Below are positions 8,824 to 16,419 of a stretch of 64,000 nucleotides of DNA, piece by piece. The position numbers and the translations under genes are program-made. Under the pieces are notes generated by a model. That model was not told where the DNA came from and made no database searches. It worked only from the letters and a program-made list of their open reading frames with translations. Source of the DNA: an uncultured virus (IMG/VR IMGVR_UViG_3300010233_000001) (lineage: Duplodnaviria; Heunggongvirae; Uroviricota; Caudoviricetes); IMG/VR virus record IMGVR_UViG_3300010233_000001. One strand, 5' to 3'. Each line of letters starts with the position of its first letter. Position 1 is the stretch's first letter.

Positions 8824-9290
8824 ACCAAATCCAACTCGTGGATTTCAGTATCTTCTAAACTCTCGAAGTATCCTTCCCAGCGTTTGTAGGTGCGATATTC
8901 GCCCTTCACAGATGGTACGGTTTCTTCTTTTAGCATTGCCTGGGCAATTTCTCGCGTTGGCGCGACACCAACTATATACCAGGCTCCGGTCGTGTGTCCG
9001 AAAGTATCTCCGGTTCCGTAGCGAACCACGGCTAGAAATAGCTTGGGCATCTTGAGCATGTCGGCATGTCGAGCATCGATCTCTACAGAGTCATAAAAAT
9101 AACGGTGAGTTGGCTGTTGACGATACAGTTTGTGAAAAGTAACCGTTCGAACAGTATCAGTATGGTTAGTCCAACGATCCTCTGGGTCGATAGCTTCGCC
9201 ACCATACTGATCAGTGTCGTACTCAACATAGATTCGAAGAGGCTCGACGACCTCTTCCTTCTTAACTTTCTTATTCATATTACCCTCTAA

Positions 9291-9365
9291 TGGTGGGCCG
9301 TGATGGAATTGAACCATCGTTTGAGAGTTATCAGCTCTCGGTACTAACCGTTATACGAACGGCCC
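9291..9365 (-). tRNA. tRNA-Ile(GAT)
   Basis: GAGAG-CTGATAA-CTCTC, CCA. Confidence 0.9.
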
Positions 9366-10350
9366 TTGTGCAGCTCCGATACTTTGGCCTCAGAGCCCTG
9401 GGCCTTTATAGCTTCTGTAAAATCTCTTTTGCTTCATCCGCTACATTTGGTCGAACTAACAATGCGATAGCTGAAGTTTCCTCTGGCTCCCATTGTTTTA
9501 CCATGATATGATTAGCCAGTATGTCTTACCAGGAAGAAAGAAATTGATGTCATAATCTGTGTCCAAATGCAATTTGTAATTTATTAGATCTTGAACTAGA
9601 GGTGTAAGTGGAACTACATTCTTGCCTTCATACATAATCTTTCGATCATCTACACACTTATGATCCATCTCAGTGCATTTGACTTTGATACTAGTCAAAC
9701 CTTTCCGAGCTGCTTTGTTTGCCTTATCAATAATCTTTTGAGATCCTGAAGATGATTGGGCGCTGACCTCTCGTAACATCTCTGCAATGTTGATGGTGAG
9801 ATCAACATCATTTTCATAATTACTTTTCATTTGCTTTCAGCCAATTGTTAATTTGGTTTCTAAGTTCTTGTATGCTTTTGTTTGGATAGTCTTCTTGATC
9901 AAGAAGACAATTTTGTCCTGGTTTTGATAGCATATTGGGAATCTCTCCGGCCCAATCTCCTGTGTTAGCGAAAGTGAATGGGTCAACGCCGTGACCCCAG
10001 GGATATCCGCAGACATTGAAGAGCCAAAGCAAATTGTCTCGATGATATTTGTTTAGCTCGATCACCCAAGTTTGGGAACCCGGATAATACTTAGAGTAAG
10101 TTACGGCCGGAATCCTAACTCCTTCTTCGGGGATTACGACTTTGCCTAACAAATCTTCTAAAGCTTGGTTGGAATATCCAATCAATCTCTTGAGCCGTAG
10201 TTCCAAATCTAAACCTTGAGTCTCTGGTTTGGCTAGCATGAGAAGCTCATAGCAACCAGAACCACAAACATCCATATCGGACCAATTGAATTGGGCATTC
10301 ATCCCACATCTCTCACAAGATTTTTGGAATGTGTTGATCGTAAATGTCAT

Positions 10351-10426
10351 TGGTGGGCTGTGATGGAATCGAACCATCTACGTCAACGTTATCAGCGTTG
10401 CATTCTGACCAATGAATTAACAGCCC
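10351..10426 (-). tRNA. tRNA-Ile(GAT)
   Basis: CAACG-CTGATAA-CGTTG, CCA. Confidence 0.9.
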
Positions 10427-10587
10427 ATTTGTTCTTGAATAATCTTCTTGTTTCTTCTTCTAGCTCTTTTTCTCATTTGCTTGCGACATTTACGGCTGGC
10501 TAATTCGCTGCCCCAGCAATCCATACAATAGCAGATACCTCTTCCAGTTAGTTTTACTCTTCCTGATTTGTACCCGTATTGTTGCAT

Positions 10588-10929
10588 TTATCTCTTATAA
10601 TCGTCTTCTAATCTAACCACATCATCTAAATGGTTAGTGGATACTTCTAACACTTCAACTGGATGAGCAGTCAAGCTTAGCATTCTGTGAATAGTTTTTG
10701 GAGGACAATGATAGACGTCTCCTGGTTTCATATCGAAAAAGACTATGTCTTTTCCTTCGCCTATTTCTAGTGTCAATATCCCAGAAAGAACTCGAAACGT
10801 TTCTTCTTTGATATTATGATACTGACGAGAGAGTTTGTGGCCCGAATTGATGTGAAGAATCTTTCCCACATAGTTAGGAGTCTCGGCCCAGATTTCTTCG
10901 TAGCCCCAAGGCTTTTCTACCATTCTCAT
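10588..10929 (-). CDS. Cupin (type II mannose-6-phosphate isomerase C-terminal-like)
   Basis: VEKPWGYE...LSRQYH..KEETF...TIHRM...DDVVRLEDDY. Confidence 0.85.
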   Translation of the reverse strand: MRMVEKPWGYEEIWAETPNYVGKILHINSGHKLSRQYHNIKEETFRVLSGILTLEIGEGKDIVFFDMKPGDVYHCPPKTIHRMLSLTAHPVEVLEVSTNHLDDVVRLEDDYKR

Positions 10930-11000
10930 TGATGAATCGAGAGGGAGTTGAACCCTACAAGGCTTTGGCTTGCCTGTTGCCGAACCGTCTCATGAAGTCC

Positions 11001-11077
11001 ACTGTTGCTTTAGCCCGCTCAGCCATCTTGCGTCCAAGAGAAGGATTCGAACCTTCGGCCTCTTTTGAAGACACAGT
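11001..11077 (-). ncRNA. Circularly permuted class-II tRNA-like element
   Basis: Order is anticodon-stem 3' strand, V-arm, T-arm, acceptor closed by a GACG loop, D-arm, anticodon-stem 5' strand. Confidence 0.65.
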
Positions 11078-11081
11078 GTTT

Positions 11082-11157
11082 TGGTGGAACCTCAGGGGAT
11101 CGAACCCTGTTAGTCGGCTTTTCAGACCGATGCAATAACCATACTTGCTCAAGTTCC
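11082..11157 (-). tRNA. tRNA-Phe(GAA)
   Basis: TCGGT-CTGAAAA-GCCGA, CCA. Confidence 0.9.
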
Positions 11158-11666
11158 ATTCAGTTTTCGGAAGTGATCCTTATCACCATATTTCTTTTCG
11201 ACGTATGAGCCCCATTCTGCAATGGTCTTATCTCGATTGTCTCTATCTTGATGTGACTTTTTGCACTGACATCCAGGCCTATAACACTCGGTTCGAGCGC
11301 ATTGATCGCACCAACAATTACAGTAGACATCATCTGCACAGGGTTCGGATTGACCACAATGATGAGGACATTCCTCGCACATTCCGGTTTCTTCCACAAT
11401 ACCGTGCTCACATTTCCTAAAACAACCCATCTCAATCGTCACTGATTACACAGTGCTCCCAGTCCAAATCTTTAGTATGCTCTTCGCCAAAAGTCTCTCG
11501 AACCAGCTCTTTAGCATATTCTATAGTGTCTTCTCCATAAGGATGAGAGAACTTGAATTGATGCTGCCGCTTTCCATCTTCATGTTGCAGTTCTACTGTG
11601 TGACCGCAACAGCCAGACTCACAGCCATAAACCGAATGGTAAACTATAACTTTCATATCATACCTG

Positions 11667-11741
11667 TCGGGACATCGGGAATCGAACCCGCTTTAGAGAT
11701 TTATAAGAACTCTTAGAAAAACCATTCCTAAGCCTGCTCCC
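11667..11741 (-). tRNA. tRNA-Ile(TAT)-like, irregular
   Basis: GAGTT-CTTATAA-ATCTC, T-loop TTCGATT, bulged acceptor, no encoded CCA. Confidence 0.55.
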
Positions 11742-11829
11742 GAAACGAAGTGAGAGTATCCCAGGTTTCCCTGTATGAGAACAATACTTCCACGCCTAAC
11801 CAACCAGAACTTCTCATTTGAGATTGGCT

Positions 11830-11903
11830 TGGCGGTACCAAGGGGAATTGAACCCCTATATGAACCTTGACAAGGTTCTGTCCTACCATTGAACGATGGC
11901 ACC
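11830..11903 (-). tRNA. tRNA-Asp(GTC)
   Basis: GAACC-TTGTCAA-GGTTC, G-CCA. Confidence 0.9.
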
Positions 11904-11919
11904 GTAGGTAATATCTATA

Positions 11920-12349
11920 TCATGATATTCCATATTTTGCGAAGTCTACTTCCCAAGGTCTAACTAACCTTCCTACCGTCAAATGATACCAAGGTTTAGC
12001 ATCAAACCCTAATTCCTGGCGGATAGCAGATAAATCTTCAGAGTATACATCAGTCCAAGCATGCTTGCCGTTATCATAGCGGACAAGATGGTTGTAGTGA
12101 AACTCTACTTCATAGCCTTCGTACTTGGCCCATTTACTCGGATCATGGAGGGACATCGCCCTTCAAGACCGAGACGTGAGTGCCCCATAACCCTTTATCA
12201 TTGGGGAAGATTTCTACCCCTCTGCGCTTGAGGAGCCAGCTATAATATCTAGCTAGCTCATCATCACAGGTCAGGAGCGCCCACCACGGGTCGTAATGTT
12301 TCTGACCTTGGCCTGGGTCGTAGTGTAGTATTCCGGTAGAGGTAAACAT
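11920..12349 (-). CDS. 2H-phosphoesterase-like protein split by a +1 shift at CCA-TGA-T
   Basis: HVSV in ORF 12143-12385 and HLTV in ORF 11920-12156; skipping one base joins GDVPP to DPSKW. Confidence 0.6.
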
Positions 12350-12384
12350 GCTGGTCTCCAATTTTAACCAGCCTGCACTTACCA

Positions 12385-12834
12385 TTATTTCTTGGAGGTG
12401 GCCTTCTTAGCTGGCTTCTTTAGTTCGTCTTGACGTCTTTGCATTTCGGCTGCACGTTCGGCTCGCCAAACTTTTTCTTGTGCTTCCTCATCACGTTTGT
12501 GAGTTTCGTTCTGAACCCTCTGTTCGTCGGTAATGCACTCAAAAGCAATAGCAACGCGCCTGTTGTTCTCAGCTACCAGTGGGTGTCCACCTTCATAACC
12601 GTTGGGGCAGAGCCCCGTTAGTTTGGTGAAGCAATCCAAATCGTCCTTGCATGCAACTGCTTGGAGCTTGCGAGAGTTAGAAAGCTCAATGGTGACTGGA
12701 GCAACGGCTGTTTCAACTGAAGGTGTGGGAGCAGAAGTCTCTTGCACAGTGGTAGGGGACGTTAGAGCAACTGGCCTACCAGCAGAACAGGCACATAGCA
12801 ACAGGGCGGGGAGAACGAAACAGAGTTTCTTCAT
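12385..12834 (-). CDS. Putative lipoprotein
   Basis: Signal peptide with LLLCAC lipobox-like motif. Confidence 0.6.
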   Translation of the reverse strand: MKKLCFVLPALLLCACSAGRPVALTSPTTVQETSAPTPSVETAVAPVTIELSNSRKLQAVACKDDLDCFTKLTGLCPNGYEGGHPLVAENNRRVAIAFECITDEQRVQNETHKRDEEAQEKVWRAERAAEMQRRQDELKKPAKKATSKK

Positions 12835-12956
12835 AGGACTTTCTTTCTTTATTTTCGGTTATTATACGCGGTGGAAGGAGAGTTGTATCCTTCTCACGCA
12901 CTGAACATATAACACCTTGGCTCCCACCTTAAGCTTGCGCTCAAAGCGGGAATAAT

Positions 12957-13082
12957 TGCAGAGATGATGGGATTCGAACCCATATTGCCGACTGTTTAGG
13001 TTAGCAGTTTTCCCATTACCGGAGGCGATATTAGCGGCTTATACCGGAGTTAACATTCGATGTTATTAGAACTACCTTCTCT
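12957..13082 (-). ncRNA. Degenerate tRNA-like gene with about 48-nt structured D-loop insertion
   Basis: ATGGG-TTCGAAT-CCCAT T-arm, AGAGA/TCTCT acceptor, insert flanked by repeated TAAT. Confidence 0.4.
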
Positions 13083-13160
13083 TGGCTCTCGCCCTTGGAT
13101 TTACACCAAGACCTCAAAGGCTAATCTGCCTAAGTGCGCTGTTAGTTACGCCAAACGAGA
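13083..13160 (-). ncRNA. Atypical tRNA-like RNA (T-loop TGTAAAT)
   Basis: TCTCGTT/GGCGAGA-G-CCA, D-loop AACTAACA, 20-nt anticodon arm. Confidence 0.55.
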
Positions 13161-13275
13161 ATGAAGAACTCCACAATAGCGCACTATCCATAATTGTGCT
13201 ACTCGTAAGTTTCAAGGGACTTGATGTCCGTATCTTCTTAGGAGATGGGAATTGAACCCATATACTCTATTGTGA

Positions 13276-13352
13276 TGGCTCCGAGAGCAGGGATCGAACC
13301 TGCGACTTCCTGTTTAACAGACAGGCGCTGCTACCAACTGAGCTATCTCGGA
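13276..13352 (-). tRNA. tRNA-Asn(GTT)
   Basis: CCTGT-CTGTTAA-ACAGG, G-CCA. Confidence 0.92.
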
Positions 13353-13442
13353 ATACATTAGTGTAGATGATTTGTTCATCCCATGACACGCCTGTTGGGC
13401 CAACAGGATAACGCGGGGTTGCCCAGAACAAACTATCTACAG

Positions 13443-13518
13443 TGGCTCCCCAGGTAGGATTTGAACCTACATAGAACTCGTTAACAGCGAGGTTTATTGC
13501 CAGTTATAATACCGAGGA
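13443..13518 (-). tRNA. tRNA-Asn(GTT)
   Basis: CCTCG-CTGTTAA-CGAGT, G-CCA. Confidence 0.85.
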
Positions 13519-13530
13519 ATGAAAACTAAG

Positions 13531-13629
13531 TGCCCCAAGTGGGATTTGAACCCACGACCTTCCCTCCCGGGACGCTCTACCTGAGTTCCAAATTACATAT
13601 GATATTGGATCTCGCTGAGCTATTGGAGC
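13531..13629 (-). ncRNA. Anticodon-less tRNA mimic with a 31-nt D-loop hairpin
   Basis: Intact acceptor, D stem and T arm; anticodon arm is TCCC-GGGA-GGGA. Confidence 0.65.
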
Positions 13630-13656
13630 TGCAAGAGGTAATTACTCCCTTGCATT

Positions 13657-13731
13657 TGGTGCCGTCAGTAGGACTTGATACCTACGCCTTCAACCCTGCA
13701 CGGGTTGCTGTTCTCCTTGAACTACAACGAC
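13657..13731 (-). ncRNA. Atypical tRNA-like RNA
   Basis: GTCGTTG/TGACGGC-A-CCA, CAACC-CGTGCAG-GGTTG, 8-nt T-loop TATCAAGT. Confidence 0.5.
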
Positions 13732-13964
13732 ATGTTGTGAATCACTGGAATCCTAATTCGGCCTAGTAATGATCCACATAAGAACTCGGTTATTCCTCTT
13801 TAAATGTCAGAATATCAAGCGCAGCTGACTACGCCTCTAACCTAATAACATTATAAATTAATTTTCATTCCCGGAACCGATTAGATAATCCCGTAAACTA
13901 TCCACATATCTAAATACAATCTGCTATCTGTGGAGGGACGGCATAAGGTCGAATTTGATTCCGA

Positions 13965-14040
13965 TGGTCCACAGTGATGGAGTTAAACCACCTACCTTCA
14001 GTCCTAGATGACTGACGCTCTGGCGTTGAGCTAACTGCGG
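13965..14040 (-). ncRNA. Atypical tRNA-like RNA with an 18-nt anticodon arm
   Basis: CCGCAGT/ACTGTGG-A-CCA, TCAGT-CATCTAGG-ACTGA, T-loop TTTAACT, D-loop lacks GG. Confidence 0.55.
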
Positions 14041-14043
14041 ATA

Positions 14044-14119
14044 TGGCGATCTCGGCTGGCCTTACACCAACATTCTCCGGATGAATTGTCCGGCGTCTTA
14101 ATAATTAGACGACAGAATC
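14044..14119 (-). ncRNA. Atypical tRNA-like RNA (T-loop TGTAAGG)
   Basis: GATTCTG/CGAGATC-G-CCA, CCGGA-CAATTCA-TCCGG, D-loop AATTATTA. Confidence 0.55.
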
Positions 14120-14193
14120 ATAAAAATAAAGCACCGGAGTTTCGCCGGAAAGCGTAGCCTACGCCTCAGATGACACCGCATCATACTTTATCT

Positions 14194-14269
14194 TGGTCAG
14201 AGCGACACGATTTGAACGTGCATCGATCGGGTCCAGACCGATTGATCTACCAGGTTGAACTACGCTCTG
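14194..14269 (-). tRNA. tRNA-Pro(TGG); its 5' end overlaps the stop codon of the upstream nuclease ORF
   Basis: CAGAGCG/CGCTCTG-A-CCA, ATCGG-TCTGGAC-CCGAT. Confidence 0.8.
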
Positions 14270-15174
14270 ATTAGAAACTTACTTATCGATTCAATTATCT
14301 CTTCCCTAAACTCTTTCGTTATTTTCTTCCATTTAATCCTTAGAACCTGCCACCCGGCTGCCACCAGATACTGATCTTTCTTCTCATCCGATAGTTTGCG
14401 ATCTGGTAATTCATGCTGCCTGCCGTCTATTTCTAGGGCTAACTTTCTACTTGGATCGGCAAAATCTATGAACCACTTCCCAATTTTCAACTCTCGTTCC
14501 ATCGTAATGTTCAGCTCTTGCAGTAAGGTGATGACATATTTTTCTGCATATGAGGGCTCTAATTTGATTCGTGTAGGCCATCCCTTATGGGCACCAGAGG
14601 CTATTCTAGATTGCATTGCAACTGACAGTTTCTTTCTTGTTTCTGGGTTTTCTGCTCTCAGCTGCGCTGCACAGGACATAGAACAACACATTGTTGTGCT
14701 CTTAACACTATGAAACATCTTTGCGCATTTTTGACAAGTCAGCCTGAATAAGACATCACCATCGATCAAATCTGATATGGCAGACGAGCTATAAAACTCT
14801 ATGAGAGAGTGTGAAGCTTTCAATCTTTGATCTGGACTATGCTTCTTAGCAGCAAAGAAGATATTAGAACAGCTAGAAGAGCAGGTTGCGCTTTCTTTTA
14901 AATGACCTTGTTTGGTCTCAAACTTCTTCCCACATACGGGACAAATCTTTTCGATAATTGGATATTTACGGCGGGCCTTAACCTTCTTGCTCGGATCGAA
15001 ATGATCGATTGATATTCCATTATTCTGGACTAACTCAGTAATCTTCTTACTGACTTTGCCGTTGAAATAAGTATATCCTAATCGATTAGCAAGTTCAGTT
15101 TTATCAAAACATTCGAGTACAATTTTTTGTAAATCTTCTTTCGAAAATTTCTTGAGATTAAGTTTTACCTTCAT
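14260..15174 (-). CDS. Zn-finger plus Vsr/DUF559-like endonuclease (probable homing endonuclease)
   Basis: Two CxxC...CSxxC modules and C-terminal FIDFA...LALEIDGRQH...KDQYL...GWQVLRI. Confidence 0.85.
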   Translation of the reverse strand: MKVKLNLKKFSKEDLQKIVLECFDKTELANRLGYTYFNGKVSKKITELVQNNGISIDHFDPSKKVKARRKYPIIEKICPVCGKKFETKQGHLKESATCSSSCSNIFFAAKKHSPDQRLKASHSLIEFYSSSAISDLIDGDVLFRLTCQKCAKMFHSVKSTTMCCSMSCAAQLRAENPETRKKLSVAMQSRIASGAHKGWPTRIKLEPSYAEKYVITLLQELNITMERELKIGKWFIDFADPSRKLALEIDGRQHELPDRKLSDEKKDQYLVAAGWQVLRIKWKKITKEFREEIIESISKFLIRA

Positions 15175-15192
15175 ATCTTTCTATATATCAGA

Positions 15193-15329
15193 TGGTCGGT
15201 GATAGAGGATTCGAACCTCTGATCTTCTGTACTAGCACGAATTAAAATATTTCAACTTTCACTCGTGTAAAAGGAACATTACTGTTCCAAGCCAAAACAG
15301 ACGCGATAGCCAGGCTTCGCTAATTGCCG
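15193..15329 (-). tRNA. tRNA-Pro(TGG) with a 59-nt insertion at 36/37
   Basis: TCTGT-TT-TGG-[15233-15291]-GT-ACAGA, perfect T-arm, CCA, two acceptor mismatches. Confidence 0.7.
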
Positions 15330-15334
15330 AAACA

Positions 15335-15353
15335 TATTCAGTTGTCAAGAAAC
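15335..15353 (-). promoter_or_regulatory. rrn-spacer boxA-like antitermination motif
   Basis: GTTTCTTGACAACTGAATA immediately upstream of a tRNA gene. Confidence 0.45.
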
Positions 15354-15418
15354 ATGCCATAGCCCATTCACTTTACGTGAAAAGATCGAAGCACTTGTAG
15401 TAAGTATTCCGATATGAC

Positions 15419-15500
15419 TGGTGGAGCGTGAGAGAATCGAACTCCCTGTGCATAAGCGACTCGTTTACAGCGAGCTGGACAACCATTATCCATACACTCC
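15419..15500 (-). tRNA. tRNA-Tyr(GTA)
   Basis: GCTCG-CTGTAAA-CGAGT, long variable region, CCA. Confidence 0.85.
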
Positions 15501-15570
15501 ATTTAGAAAAATAACCGACAAAAATTAGTAAGATTTTGTTTAACAAATGTAATCCTACCGGCATTCAGCA

Positions 15571-15648
15571 TGGCGGGCTCAGAAAGAATTACACTCTCGT
15601 CTCCAGGACTTTTATCTCCCGGCGCTCTGTTAGCTAAGCTACAAGCCC
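15571..15648 (-). ncRNA. Atypical tRNA-like RNA (T-loop TGTAATT)
   Basis: GGGCTTG/TGAGCCC-G-CCA, D-loop AGCTAACA, CCGGGA-GATAAAAG-TCCTGG. Confidence 0.55.
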
Positions 15649-15699
15649 ATAAATGTTATCGTTTAACTCAGCGTCCTGAGACCGCAGATAACTAGCGCT

Positions 15700-15775
15700 T
15701 GGTGGGACGGGCATGGAGTTGAACCAGCGACCTTCGGGTTTTTAGTCCGACGCTCTAACACTGAGCTACTGTCCC
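15700..15775 (-). tRNA. tRNA-Phe(AAA)-like, irregular
   Basis: TCGGA-CTAAAAA-CCCGA, bulged T stem, CCA. Confidence 0.5.
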
Positions 15776-15861
15776 ATTAAAATGGTGAGTCGTATCATCT
15801 ATATCAGACTATAGATAGATTTTTCCACTTCGTGAAATATTTCTTGCTCGAAGGTTTTTTC

Positions 15862-15890
15862 ATTATAATCATCGGAGAAAACGTCGTCAA
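15862..15890 (-). promoter_or_regulatory. Sigma70-type promoter heading the tRNA array
   Basis: TTGACG-N17-TATAAT. Confidence 0.75.
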
Positions 15891-15905
15891 GTGCTTTGTC
15901 AATTT

Positions 15906-16409
15906 TTATTTTTGGCCCGCCCTAAACTTGATGAAACCGAATTTAGATTTGATCGCTTCTTCTACGTGTTTTGGCACAAACTTACTAATATCTCCCTCAA
16001 AACTAGCAATCTGCTTGACCATGGAAGAAGAGACGATAGCTAACTCGGGACTAGTTGGCAAGAAGACAGTCTCGATGGATGGGGCCAAAACCTTATTGAC
16101 ATTAGATAGATTGATTTCATATTCGAAATCTGAGACTGACCTAATACCCCTGATGAGAACGCCAGCATCAATTTGCTTGGCAAAATCTACTAGCAATCCC
16201 TGGAAAGAAGTTACTTTGATGTTGGTAAAATGAGACAGACTTCCTTTTAGGAGTCTAAGTCTTTCCTCTTCATCAAACATAGTTATCTTATTTGGATTGA
16301 TACCAATTCCAACAATTAGCTCATTACAGAACTGTAGGCTACGTAGAATGATATCTAAGTGTCCGTTCGTAAGAGGATCGAAAGTGCCGGCGTATATCCC
16401 TTTGATCAT
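15906..16409 (-). CDS. coaD: Phosphopantetheine adenylyltransferase
   Basis: IYAGTFDPLTNGHLDII...LIRGIRSVSDFEYE...VSSSMVKQIA. Confidence 0.92.
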   Translation of the reverse strand: MIKGIYAGTFDPLTNGHLDIILRSLQFCNELIVGIGINPNKITMFDEEERLRLLKGSLSHFTNIKVTSFQGLLVDFAKQIDAGVLIRGIRSVSDFEYEINLSNVNKVLAPSIETVFLPTSPELAIVSSSMVKQIASFEGDISKFVPKHVEEAIKSKFGFIKFRAGQK

Positions 16410-16419
16410 TGGTTCTTCT

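Noticed and set aside
13240..13270. Additional tRNA
   Set aside because: It is an isolated ATGGG-TTCAATT-CCCAT hairpin without an identifiable acceptor or D-arm.
12850..13960. GOLLD or ROOL large ncRNA
   Set aside because: The non-coding stretches are broken into units under about 220 nt by tRNA-like genes, and no diagnostic motif was recognised.
14130..14185. Hammerhead or other self-cleaving ribozyme
   Set aside because: CTGAGGC...CGAAAC does not match the CUGANGA core with correct stems. No convincing theta, pistol or twister motif was recognised after the tRNAs.
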